A stretch of 64,000 nucleotides of DNA from Asterias rubens. Taxonomy: Eukaryota. The translations under genes and the position numbers were made by a program. Numbering within the stretch: the stretch's first letter is position 1; every line of letters begins with the position of its first letter. The stretch lies in NCBI RefSeq assembly GCF_902459465.1, contig NC_047062.1, forward strand, positions 30,690,001 through 30,754,000, read 5' to 3'. Positions 35,431 to 49,600 of the stretch are shown here, in pieces. The notes beneath the pieces were generated by a model. The model searched no databases. It was not told where the DNA came from and saw only the letters and a list, made by a program, of their open reading frames with translations.

Positions 35431-36375
35431 ACCATGCAAAGCAAAGCTTCAAAACCACTTAAGATGGGATGGGAGGGTGATGTGGTTTGTTTCCTTTTGG
35501 ATTGAGATGATCAGTCGCTGCTTCTTCAAGCGATATAGTTCAGTTTAGTGTCCGCATTGGAAAGTCGTGGTTTGCAAGCCAACTCGTACAGTTAAAAAAC
35601 TGTGGGATGTTATTGTTAAGCGCATTTTGGCCGAAATCGTTTTTTTTTTTTTTTTTTTTTTTAGATTTTCATTTATTTATAGTTCATCATCATCTTCCTA
35701 TACTGTGCAGAAACCTCCTCTGGAGTATACTCGCACATTAACAGATTTGCCGTTCAAACAATAATGATACAAACACGTTTCAAAGGATGCACAAAATACA
35801 CAACACATGCAAAAATATAAAAAATTATGGTGAATGGATTTCACTTGAAGTTTTCAATTAAACAACACTTATCATTGGCAGATTTCTTCTTGCAAACTCT
35901 TCAAACGAAAGCTTCATGAAATTCTTAAAGTCTAAAAGAAGTGCCACTTTCAAAACTAGAACTTAGCATTAAGCGAGTCATTGCTTAATATAAAAGAAAA
36001 TCTGTGTTTTCGATTAGATAAAACGTGCTTTCAGAAAAATTATCATGTTAGTAAGTCATTTGATTATGTAACTGGACAATACATATTATTTTGCAGGATC
36101 TAAAAAAAAAAATGCACACAATACTTTCTTATTTATTCCGTTTGAGGGCGCCCTATAGGGTGGCACGATTTCCAACTCCTCTGTAAAACCAAGCGACTTG
36201 CACAAGTCTAATAATTAAATGCAAAAAATTATCCATACGTCCGTCGTGTACGAAATGTGCAGACAACATAACAACGAACTCGCGGAAATCTGAGACGAAT
36301 ATTTGCTGGTAAATGGTTGTTCTTACCCGACCCAAAAAGTAAGAGTTAAACATTCCTATGATATAAGTTTGCTTC

Positions 36376-36579
36376 TATCGCCAGTTTTCTGGTGAATATT
36401 GGAGTCTAATGGTCACAGAGGCGACATTTTGACTGGAAATTCTTCGCCGGAAATTCTGAAATTTTTGACCGTACGTTCTCGTCTGCTCAGCTTGGCTTGG
36501 CGTTCGTCCGTTCATCCACGTTGTTTGTTGTGCTGCATGACTGAATGAACAACAAAGTCTTCGGTGCAAACTTCACAAG
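36376..36579 (+). promoter_or_regulatory. Putative non-coding first exon / promoter-proximal region of HECTD1
   Basis: CpG-rich stretch ending in donor AAG|GTGATT at 36580. The HECTD1 ATG exon has an acceptor at 37664, 15 nt upstream of the ATG, so an upstream exon must exist. The 5' boundary is approximate. Confidence 0.45.
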
Positions 36580-37679
36580 GTGATTTGGAAACAAGTTCTT
36601 TGTCTCATGTCGGGAACTTCCTCGTGTTTATTTTATTGCTTTCCTTTGTGTATCTTGTCCGGATGATATACATTTTTTGAAGGGGTTTTTCTTTTCCTTT
36701 TTTGTTGGGTTAACTCAATTTGTTTGTTGTGTATTTCTACATAATTCGCCATGATGGTTGTTTGGGGGGGGGGGGGGTTGCATAACTATTGTTGACTATC
36801 AGCAATTCCTCATTAATTTGTTAATTATCGTTTTTACAAATTCAATTTCAGTAATTATGAGTAGGCCTATCTATGACCAGAGCGTGACAAACCGTCCAAG
36901 AATTAATCAATTGTTTTCCCTTCTTCCATCCAAAAACCCAATAATTTTCTGAAATTACAAACAAAGTTTCATTTCTTTTTTGGCAGAACATGCATGAGTG
37001 AAAAGAATTTGCATCTTTCCCAACATTTTAATTTTTATTGTAGGACTACGTCTTTTTAAATTAGATCCTGTAATGAGTGTAAGTTTTATAAACAAATTCC
37101 CCAGCAAACTTCAATGTAACGTTTACTTCAATGAATTTAGCAGGGTGTAAACCAGGTTTTTATACTTCCTGCGCATTTGAAATGCAAAGCGAAGTTTGGT
37201 GAAGCAAAAATCGGTCACACTCCCTAGTTCCCTTTGTGAAGCAGTGAAATTCGCTTTGCATGAAGTATACACAGGAAGTTTGAACCGGGCTTAAAAGTAA
37301 CTGTTTGGAAAAGTTTTTTGTATCTCGCCACTACTTTCAATTATCCCTTTTTATAAAAATTAGTGAAAAAGTGGTGGTGCCACATGGAAAGTTATCTTAC
37401 TGTTTTAGGGGATTTGAGGGTGAAGAGTTGGGCAAGGTAGATTTTTTGTGTGCAAATTTTGTTAGAAAAAGGTTTACATGTAGATTGATAGGCCAACATG
37501 TACATGTACAACTGCACTGGCTGAAGTAAGCGTACGTACATGTGTACTTGTGTATAATTACCATTTAACTAATATCAAATGTTGGTGTGTGAATGGTTCT
37601 TCAAACCTATATACTTTGCCTTTAAAATGTTGTTAACAAAATTGTATTCTTTGTTTGAAATCAGGTTGTGACCCTGAAG

Positions 37680-40600
37680 ATGGCTGACGTAGATCCAGAG
37701 ACGCTATTGGAATGGCTCCAGATGGGCCAGGGGGAGGAACGAGACATGCAGCTAATTGCTCTAGAACAACTCTGCATGCTGCTTCTCATGTCAGACAATG
37801 TAGACCGCTGTTTTGAAAGGTGAGTAGTTGTTGTTTACACACTCCCCCTGCCTCAACTCAATGAAATGTTATTACTATCCAGCGACAAATGGTCACCAGG
37901 TCATTGTCAGTGGATTCTCAGTCCTGCACAGGCCTGCATGCTATGTTTTTGAAAGGGCAAGGGCACCAAGGCATTTCCTCCTTGTTAAAGGGCACCCGAT
38001 GAGAAAATTGTAAAATTATACTGTCACTGGGGCATTTCAAGGGGTCAAGGCAATGACGAGGGGGCATGGAGGCAAAAAAGTCGATTGCCTCCACGCCCCC
38101 TGGTCATTGCCTTTGTGCCCTTGAAATGCCCTGACCGTAGAAATTTACAAATTTCTCATCAGTGCCCTTTATGTGTATTACTTGACGAGGAATCATGTCT
38201 AAATGGCTGGAACTTTTTAGTTGAGTCCGGTGGACTGAAAGCATGGTCATAACACCATAAGGGTTTAGAAACATTTTGCCAAGTCATGGTGTATTGGTTT
38301 GACTCCTACAATATATAATTTCCAGTCATGTGTACTTGTGTGATTGGTTGATAAAAGATTTACATGTAAAGCAAAACTTTTAAATAGTCACTCTTGCCAT
38401 TTTAAACAAACAAGTTGTTTTTCTGCAGAGAATATTGTTGCAGAGGATGTCGATGCATGCATGCGTGCTAGATGAGTGAGCATGTGTACTTTTGAAATGG
38501 GAAAAATTCCAAATTAATTAGCCTTTTAGATCTATGGTGGACATAGGAGTGCAGTGTTTGTTATGGGTGTAAACAGAGGAATTTACCCAAACCTACACAA
38601 AGTGTATGTATTGTGTCATAGCATTACACCATCTCAAACTGGCTCATGGATGGATGCTTGTATGCTTTCTGTTTATCTTGGGTTGGAGTCGTTGTGGTTC
38701 TTTTGAGGTTATGACAGAGTAATTTTGAAACTTTAAATTCAGAAACTTTGTGGTGTTGTCGCCATGAATGATTTATCTATTGAGTTGTATATTTAGTGAA
38801 CAGCTGTAACTGGTCATCATTGGTACAAAAATATAGTGGGACACCACTTTATTTTAAACTTTGAAATTGGTATTGTTACGATTGTGGTTTGTTATGTACA
38901 CGTGTAGTCAGAGCGCAAACAAACTTCTCTGCCAGTGAGCAATCAGGTTTTTTTGCTCCTAACATTCACTGAAAAATCCTTTAAAATGTTTTACAGACTT
39001 TTCAACATGATTTGCGCTTTTCAACAAAAAGGGCGTAAATGGGAATAAAAGGCCTCCATGTAGTTTGTAAGTCTTAAAAATTTCCATTTAAAACCGGGTC
39101 ATGGCCAAGTGATAACGGACTCTCCGCTCAGACCTTTATCACAGGGCCAGAAGGTTCCGTGCACTCAGTACATTATTAGATTGGGGAACACATGACTAAT
39201 TTGTTTGCCGAGCTCATTATTTATTTTTCACTTATAAAGAGGGTCAAAGGTCATGACTTTTGAATTACCTGTCTGGTTTTGGGCATGGGATTGTTCAACA
39301 ATGCCAATGAACGTGTTGAAAATGTAGAGCAAGGACCACTTGTTCTATGGTCTGATGGATTGATACCAGTTTGTATGAAAATTAATGAAAAAAGAAATCA
39401 AACTTATTTAGACTAAAAAAACCCATTATGCTTGTGTGTGGTGAATGTACAACATAATGTACGTATGTACGTACATAGAACTTTTCATGAAAACAATAAT
39501 GACCTCATTACCTACAGGTACATGTAAATTTAACATCATTTATGTACATGTGTTTCATCGTTTTTTAGACTGAGGACCAGTACACCATTTGAGTACATGT
39601 TATAGCATTCACCTACATGAACAGCATTCACGTACAGCGCATACAAAAGTGCTGATGTCGTGATGTACCATTCATGTGACTGTGTGTCCTTCCCCATACC
39701 ACATCACATAAAGGGTTAGATTCATAACTAAGAGCATGAAGGTTATGATTCACAAACAGGAGTGTTCATACGTGATACATTTACCACCATTGATAAATGA
39801 GCCACTCGATAGAGGTGCACCCAAAACAATGAATACACAGTTTTGTAGTCATCCAAACAATACATTTTAATCTGATGATTCAGGAAATATTTGAAATAGT
39901 GAAATAGAACAAAGGAAACTGCTAATTATAGTAACAATAGCTTGGGTGCAGATTATAGTTCTTAATCGCATCATTCGGGAATGATTTTGTCCTGTAATTA
40001 TTTTTGCCTCTGAAATTCTTTGTGATTGAGCTTTTGCTTTATAGCAAATGAATAATAATAATAAAGACTTGTAGTGCGCAATATTCACCCTGCTTGGTGT
40101 TCTAAGGCTTAGTGTAAAACCATCTCCATGGTAAAAACCAAAAACAAACGAAAGAAAGACACACACAATAAAATTAGTCCTTGAAAACCTGACATAAGTT
40201 AAGTTTTGAGAAGAGATCTGAATTTCACAGTATGCTTTAAAGGAAATTATTCACTGCACAGACAGACCAATCAATGAAATCAGGTGGTACTGCCATTCAT
40301 TAGTGGGTAGGCAATGATGTTTGTATTTTACAGCAAAATACACAAGTGCCAGGTCACCCAGGTGTGGTTTTTGTGTAAAAGTCTATGTGAGTGTGTGTAT
40401 TGCGTCCCAGTATGGGGCATACTTTGACAGTGACAAGACTTACATACAGACACATTGTACATTGATACATGGTATACAATGTACACATGTTTGTAAATAT
40501 AAATTAATTAATTACTCATCAAATACAATTGAATTGTTCATTTGGTACAGAGTCGTCTAAGTACCAACAGTACCAGTCTCTGACCTTTGAAAACATCATT

Positions 40601-43600
40601 CAATAATGTGCACTTCACTCTACATTTAATGAATGTAGAGTGAGCGCACATTCAAGAAATAAATACACATACCATAGGAATACCTTAGACTGGTATCAAC
40701 AGGACACCATGTCCACACGTCTCATGCATGTTGACAATACATTGTCATTGATTTGAGGATGACTCATGTGTAAAAATATCAGGCAGTACACCATAGAGAT
40801 TATTAAGGTCAAGAGCTCTTTGCACTCTGTCACAGTGCATCGATTCTACGAATCAAAATATCATCTCAATGAATTCATCATCGATTTGTTGTAAATGTTG
40901 ATTCAGGCAGATCATGTACAAATCGTTAATTTTATAAAACAAAGTCATGTACCGGTAGTCGTTTCATCAAGGCATTGCATGCGCACATAGTTTCAGGCTA
41001 CTGTTTAGCACAGTATGATTTAATTAAGTATCATAAAACAATACAAATTTGTAGTTTATTTAGAAATCATGTAAGACTGATCAGTAGCAAGTCATCATGT
41101 GTTCATGTCACATGGTACATGTAAACGTGTAGCCAAAGTATTCAGCAAAATTGTGTGCTTAAATGTTAGATCTTTGATTCTGCATTTTTTTCTACTTCTC
41201 AATCATGTACAGTACATGTCATAAAATAACGGTGCTACACAATGTGTAATTTTATGTGGTTTCTTTGCACGTTTTAAATGCAAAAAAAATATTTTCAAAT
41301 ACTTAATTGATCTTGGTCACACGTAGTTCAGCTGAATGTTATCAAGCTTTAAGAAAGTGAAAATATCTAATTTTTTCTATTAGGCCTGAATATATTTATC
41401 TAGATTGAGTTGACCCCTTATAGCAAAAATCTGTACCCTTTTTGTTAAGAACTGCCAGAATGGGTAACCCGTCAATTAAAGCTTTTCAGGCTGAGAGTAT
41501 TGCCTGCACCCAATTATCCAAAGGTGTGATATTTTGCTCATAGATTTTGAAGCCTGTTCCTGGCCAGAGTTGTCATTGGATTTGTTGACCTCAGTACCTG
41601 GGAAACACGAATGACAGTTCCCTACTTGGCCTCGAAGAATAAATTAGTATTCTGAGTCCCCCTGTTTTGTTGGGAACTAAGATCGTGCACAACAAAAATT
41701 GATTGATTAGACATTCGTCGTGACATTCATTATTATGTTCAACATCATCCCACGCCAAGCTCTTCTGGGAAATTATACATAATCCTGGCAAATTTAAATG
41801 AAATGACAACTGAAGCATCAATTATTGATATGAATGTGATATGATGTGTTCAACATTCTATTAAGAAATAGGGGCTACACATTATCAGGTCTGGAATTAC
41901 ATGGAGGCCATGGACTGACGGAGGCCATGGCCTCTTTTGCCCTGGGCCCAATTTCATGGCTCTGCTTACTGTAAGCACAGAATCGGTGCTTACGAAAGCA
42001 GGTAATTTTGTGCTTACGGCAAGCCTGGTTCACGGGTTAGCGGCGAATTTGGCTTCTGCGCGTGCGCACTCCATTTTACTAGGCATTCTACGCTTACAAG
42101 GCAAGCGCAGAAATTCTGCGCTTGCACGTAAGCGGGGAATCGTGATCGTAAGTGCAGAATTTGGCTATAAGCAGAGCCATGAAATTGGGTCCTCCTCTTG
42201 GCCTTGGTCTCTGCCCCTTCAAAAAGACTTAAAGATTTTCCAACTGGAAGTGCAGGCCTGTTTGCTTTGTTTCTGAAAGGGCAACAGCACCAAGGCATTT
42301 TCTCCTTTGCAAAGGGCACCCTACAAGGAAATTGTTTTGTATTCAAGGGCACCAGGGGGCATGGAGGTAATTGCCTCCATGAAGTATCAGGGTCAGGCCT
42401 GGAAATGCCCTTTTTAAAATGAAAAAAGGCCTGAAATTCCAGGCCGACATTATTTTCCTTTAAAATAAAACCTCTTCTTTACAGGCAAATAATTGAATTT
42501 TGGAACAAAGTGCCTTGTTTTTTAGGGCCTACATGTAGATACAAACAAAGAGCTTACATAAACTGGCCCCTCATCACTGAGCCCTCGTCACTGAGCATGC
42601 TCATTGGTCTACTGGTTGAGACACCTGCTCAAGAATGCTGTCGTCGATCTCACCATGACTCTTCCTTCAAGTTAGGATTAATCTTGGGACTAAGGACGAG
42701 TTTAGTTTTGTAACCATGGGAGTTACATTTAGAACGCATTGAACCCATCCTACATGTAAGTTACAATATGTAGGACAACTTAATGCTCGTCCTAACTCAA
42801 GATGGGATTAATCTGAGTGTTTTTGCACCCAAGTACAGTAGCCTGTATTTTTTTTCTTCTGCAGAACTAAGGGGAAAGCACTCATTACTGCTTCAAAGCA
42901 CATGTCTTTATGATAAGTAAAACAAACAAATTTGATGGTATTCTTTATCAGGGTTTATGTAACATTCCCCAATATGAGTTTTATTTTCACTCGGCATTGC
43001 AGTGGTCTACAAATGGTAATTTGCATTTCAATATGTGAGCACTGACAGGACAAATCATTCATTTTGTAGGTGGTTCTACACAGGCCTGATACGCCACTGA
43101 GGCAATGAAGGCGGTTGCCTCCATGCCCCTGGTCTTTGCCTTGGTGCCCTTTAAATGCTCCAGTTACATCATGTACAGTAGAAATTTACAATTTCCTCCA
43201 GTCATAGGATGAAAATGCGGTGCAATTTGCCCTTTTAAAAAATGAAGCATTTGTCCTACAGGCCTGTGTACAGTACTGTAAAAATCTGTAGGCTACATGT
43301 ACCTTTCTACATACCTCTGAGTGCATACATTGTACATGGCACACATTATGTCTTCAGACCTTTAAATCTCCCAGATTACAGAGTCTGAGGGATTTGACCT
43401 GACCTTTACCCTAAACAAACAACTATACAGATTGCTCATTTCATGTGCACACTGTGTGAGTAGAATACATTTTAGTGTCTATCCAATGCTAGGAGCAGAT
43501 GTTTCATATGCCTGCGTACACATTGAAACTAATTACAGAATGTGAGGGTTGTAGTGCTGTAGAATATTGGCAGTGTTGGGTCAAATATCTGATGGCAGGC

Positions 43601-46600
43601 CTAGTACGCTTCATTTTTGAAAGGGCAAGGGCACCAAGGCATTTTCTCTTTGGTAAAGGGAACCCAATGAGGAAACTGTAAATTTCTACTGTACTTAGCA
43701 ATTCAAGGGCACCAAGGCACTGACCAGGGGGCATGGAGACAATACCGCCTACAAGCACTGTACATGCTTTCTTACATCCCCATGTATCAGGCCCGTCTGT
43801 GATGGGATGTTTGTTTCATGTGGTGGATGCTGAAATCATTTTCATTTAGGCAGCAACACTGATTGGCAGGGCTCCCTGACAGGCCTGGAATTTCATCTTT
43901 GAAAGGGCAAGGCGATTTTCATTTTGCAAAGGGCACTTCCATTATAAAATTTAAAAGTCTATGGGACACTCTAGAAGGGGTTCTACAATGTAAGGTCAAG
44001 ACCGGGGGCATCGTCGTGTAATCCCAGGCCTGCTTATAAATCATTTTCGTTTGGCAGCAGCACGGATTGGCAGGGTTCCATGAAAAACATCATCCTATAC
44101 TCCTAAGATGTTGGCCTTCATTTTGTACACTGCATCCAGTGCACAGTAACTCATACCTTGTAACATTGCAATACTCAGCATTAATAATATTCTTGATTAA
44201 ATAGCAGTACGTTCTGTCTCGCTCGAAAATGCACAAATCTCAATTTTGTGCCTAAATCCAGGCTATTTAAAGCGAGATGGTCGATGCTTTGACAATTCAC
44301 GCATAATGTTTGTTATTTAAGGAGATACAACATTTTTGCAGTCACACGATGTTCCAGTGATAGTGTTTTTATGAACAATTTTTTCAACGGTCTGAGCCAT
44401 CCATAAACTTATTTGAAATCATACGAGTATAGTAGGAAATCCCTCTTGAGAGTGTGGCATTCCTTATTTTGGGTACAAAACTAAGCGTACTTAATTATGT
44501 TTGTTCTGTGTAAGTATTTAGCCTAGATATAAATGGTGCGATATCATTAGGTGGTTTTCCAAACCAAACAATGTAGAAGGACATGGTCTTTGCCTGTAAA
44601 ATAGTCTGCATGATTAGGTACAAGTAAGTCATGCAATATGTACATTCTGTGAATAAATTCAATAAAACTCTTTAACAAATTTGTATTTTGTACGCAGTAA
44701 AACAATTTACATGTTTATGTAAAATGGAGGCCTGTTCTACAATTTATTAAATTAAATTTTACATTAGCATTGCATATTTTTTCCAGAGTTCACCAGGGTC
44801 CCATTACAGTTTGGCTTCACTTTATGTACAATAGTGTACTGCTAAAATCATTGGAGGTTATTACGACGTATCTTGGCAATGTACTGAGTACTGTGGCACA
44901 GTTCTTTCACAATTATTCACCACCAATGATAGAATGACTCCGTATGTAAATTGTACATCAGTAGTACATGTAACAGTACACTCAGTGCACCTGTGTTTCC
45001 AATCAGTGATTCATACCTACATGTAGTTGGTACAGTTAAAACTGTAATAACATTAGCACAATGAAAAACACAGGCATTGTGAAGGTGTACACCAGATCAA
45101 ATGACACGCTTCAAACTACACGTACTCAACTCAACAAAATGCCGTCTCAAAAAACAGCCATTTTAAAAAACCTTGCAGAATCGTGGCTGTGCCGAGGGGC
45201 ACAGATGACATTTGACTACCCAACCTGTGTAGCCATGCACTTACACAACAATGTCCATGTAATCAGGCTCATCTTTATCGTTTTATGCACTCTGATATAA
45301 AACAAAATTGTGATTAAGAATTACAGGACTGTTCATATAATTTCTTTTTTAAAATTTGCCACTTTTCTCCAATACCTTGGCTACAAAATAATCGTTAGCA
45401 GAAGATAAAGTTCTGTCTCTTATAGACTTTTTTGGGTTTAAAGGCAGTTGGACACTATTGGTAATTACTCAATATAATCATTATAGCATAAAACCTTACT
45501 TGGTAACGAGTAATGTGGAGAGGTTGATGGTATAAAACATTGTGAGAAACGGCTCCCTCTGAATTAATGTAGTTTTTCGAGAAAGAAGTAATTTTCCACA
45601 AATTTGATTTCGAGACCTCAGAAGATTTTGAGGTCTCGAAATCAAGCATCTGAAAGCACACAATTTTGTGTGACAAGGGTGTTCTTTCTTTCACATTATT
45701 ATCTCGCAATTTTGAAGACCAATTGAGTTCAAATTTTCACAGGTTTGTTATTTTTTGCATAAATATGTTGAGATACACATGTACACCAAGTGAGAAGATT
45801 GGTCTTTGACAATTATACCAATAGTGACTAGTGTCGATGTAGACAAGAGTCAAGAAAGGTAGCACGTTTGGCCAGATCGTTATAGTTTCTTGTACAGTGA
45901 ATGTGGTTGTTTTTAAATTCCTTCGTTTAAAAACCGAACAAACAAATATGCATAAACCCAACAACGATTCAAGCGAAAAGCTATTTCTGTTTAAGCCTTC
46001 AGAATAAGCTGTGTTGTTGTCCTTAGTTGATTCTGTTAAACCCTTGACTGTCTTGAGATCATACATGACTAATGACATTACTACTGGCTTGTTACCCAAG
46101 GCCAGGCTCCAGTCCTTGAGTAACCAGCACTATTGTATTGCCAGACGTCATTAGTCATTTGCCACTTTTTGATGAGATGTGAACAGACAGTGAATAAAAG
46201 TCAACACCTGTAGGCCTGTATGCTTCGTTTTTGAAAGGGCAAGGGCACCAAGACATTTTCTCCTTGTTAAAGGGCAGCCTATGAAGAAATTGTAAATTTC
46301 TAAACTGGAGGGCACCAAGGCAATGACCAGGGGACATGGAGGCAATCACGTCCGTTGCCTCAGTGAAGTATCATCAGGCCTGCAACATTCTCATTCATAC
46401 ATTTCTTTACAAATTCGACACAAAGGAGCAATAAGTTAAAATATTGCTCCTTTTTTTTTAATTTGTAATGAAATGGGTGAATAATAACAAATTACAGACA
46501 AATTACAGACATACTTGTCTTTGAAAAACTGACACCTTTATCCAGAGTTTCATAATTTTCAGTTAGTTAACACTTGGAAAGCCTTCCTCACGCTAACAAC

Positions 46601-49600
46601 ATCTATCCCCAATGGCAACTCAACACCCAAACTGTTGGACTCTGATTATAAATTTAATGACCTTATTGTGCAGGGTATTCTTTAAATGCTGATATGGTTA
46701 TGGGTATCTTATTTCTTTTAAAAGTTGGAAAGCTGTTTCTTTTATGCTGATTCTGACTTTGTCAAGAGCATTTTGATTTCAATAGCAGTTTGTATATTTC
46801 AACTTGTCACACCATCTTGTACATCTGTAAAGAATTCATTGATTAATTTACCTTTGTGCCTTTGTGCTCAGTTCGTAGAGCATCTGCCTGGAGTGTCGGG
46901 GTCTTGGGTTCACATCCCAATGAGGACAATTTGTTTTTTCTCTCATCCCATGTTTGATGGATTAATTTATGTATTTTTTCGTTCCTCCCCTTCTAGTTGC
47001 CCGCCAAGAACCTTCTTGCCTGCCCTCTGTCGTATCTTCCTTGATGAGCATGCCCCTGATAATGTCTTAGAAGTGACTGCCAGGGCCATCACCTACTACC
47101 TGGATGTATCGGCAGAGTGCACGAGACGCATCGTCGCAGTCGATGGCGCTATTAAGGCTCTATGCAACCGCCTGGTTGTGGTGGAGCTGTCGTCTAGAAC
47201 CAGTAAAGACCTAGCAGAACAGTGTATTAAGGTGAGGGTTTAGGCTCATTTATAATGATAATGATTACAATAATGGTGGCTATTTACAGTGCGCTATCCG
47301 TCACTCAATGACGCTCTTGGTGTTTTAACTTTTCCTGCAAGGTATGTGGGACTACGTTTTGAACTATGAGATCTACTTTGTTTTACACAGTACCATGTAA
47401 GGGTGTACAAGGTGCTGTGGCACAATGTGCTGCGCCAATCAAACCAGGAACACTGGGGCAAACCCCTCTCTTTTCCATCAGTGCTGTGGGTAATTTTATG
47501 TGCACTACACAACACACAGGACCAACGGCTGTACGTCCCATCTGAAGGACGAAGCAATGGTTAAGTGTCTTGCTGTAAGGGCACAAGTGTCGCGACTGTG
47601 ACTTGAACCCACACTCTGCTGATCAAGCAGAACACAACCATTGATGAATGAATAAAATTGCTGAAGGAATAAAATACAACACCAGTATTTTATTTTATTT
47701 GGTGTACATGTTCGGGTGTAGAAATTTTAATTAAAACTAACTGGCACTACATACATGTAGACTGCGTCTGGGCTGACAATAGCATACGTGTAAAATGTTG
47801 TCAGAGCACCACAAGTGCCACTGGGTGGCGGATGTGAGCCTATATAAGAAGCCACTTATTCTTCTATTAAAACAGGAGCTGCTGGTACAGTTAAATGTAC
47901 ACATTGACCTTGGGTGTTTCAACAGTGTTACTTCAGGAAGCTACAACATGTACCTCAATACACATGTGCCTGTATAATGCTGTTAACTTTTCATGCTCCT
48001 ATCCAACCCAACAAAACTAAATTATTATTCTCATCATGCAAAACTACACAAACTCCAGGGGGAATTCCTCTTGAATTTTGTGAGTACAGGCGTAAACAAA
48101 AAAGCTTCCCTGTTTCGTACCCTCATTTTGATTTACATTGCAATTGTAAATAATTCTTTTAACAGGAAGTACTGTATGATAAATGTGTTGAAGCATGTCA
48201 AGTGGAAATGTGTTACAAGTTATTGAAATTAAATTCATAGAACTTAAATGTAGTTTCAATTTGTCCCCAAAATTATAACATACATTGCTCGCCCATGTAC
48301 TTGTATGCATATTTTGGCAAGCAAGGAAATGTATTGATCATTAGGTGAATACTATACATCACTTGTAATTGTGTTTTATACAAATGTTTTAATGCTATAC
48401 GAAGTATGGACCTGAGAACAAAAGAGGTACACATAATGCAGGGACCTGAAACACTCTCTGGACTTAACACACTATGTCCACACAGTGATTTTTTACAGTG
48501 TTGTACATGTTGTAGAATTAAATTTAAGTGTACAGAAAAAAAGGAATGTTCATCCACAAGAGTGACTGCAACAGAGCTGTGTGTATATTGTGTACACTGC
48601 TTTTGGTCATTAATAATAAAACTTCCTCATAGGGTGTCCTTTACCTAAGAGAAAATGCCTTGGTGCCCTTGTCCTTTCAGTATACTGGCCCAATTCAGCG
48701 CTTAGAAACCCTGTGTTACAACTTGCATGTAAGCACATAAATAAAAGCTATTATTAATATTATAATTTTATATTTTAGGCAGATTTTCTGACATAGTGGA
48801 ACTTAATTCGTTTGATTTCCTCCCCTTGTGTTTTTCCTAGGTCCTTGAGTTGATGTGTACTCGTGAATCAGGCTCAATCTTTGAGGCAGGTGGACTCCAC
48901 TGTGTGTTGTCGTTCATACGTGATAATGGCAGTCAGGTACATAAGGATACTCTTCACTCCGCCATGGCCGTGGTGTCCAGGCTGTGTGGCAAGATGGAAC
49001 CCAGTGACCTGTCTCTAGAGACCTGCGTGGAGTCCTTATCTACACTGCTCAAGCATGAAGATTCACATGTGAGTCAAGTTTGATATCTTTTTTGTAAATG
49101 TCATAGGTGTAAGTCACTCCAACCCGTAAGGTTCACTGCCACCGGTTGGCCCACTCTGTTAAGGTGGAATAATCGACCAAATAAGTAATAATGATATGGA
49201 TTTATAACGCACTCGTCTCCAGCAAACGGATCAAGGCGTCTATTTAAAAAGAAAACATTATACAATTGAAAATGAAGAATAGGACTATAAAATACTTGTA
49301 GTTAAATTAAACCCAATTAGAGACATTGTCTGTAAATAGGAATTTGTGTACAGCTACATACATGTGCAATGTCAAACAAAATTAAAAATCAGTTGGATTG
49401 CTGGTGTTTTCATTCAGGAAACTTAACACTAATACCACCACTTTATATTTTGCACTTTTGTTTTGTAACATTCATCATACAACATGAAAGGTCAATGATA
49501 TAATTTCTTCTCTCGCTATACAGAAGATAAGTTGTCAGATTGCAGTGAACTTGCCGAGTGCTTCTGTTTATCCAACACATTTACAGAAAAACAGACTTAA

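Noticed and set aside
46725-46996. N-terminal part of the 172-aa ORF (and similar read-through extensions at 49657, 55313 and 56881)
   Set aside because: Intronic sequence that happens to be open in frame with HECTD1 exons; clear acceptors define the true exon starts.
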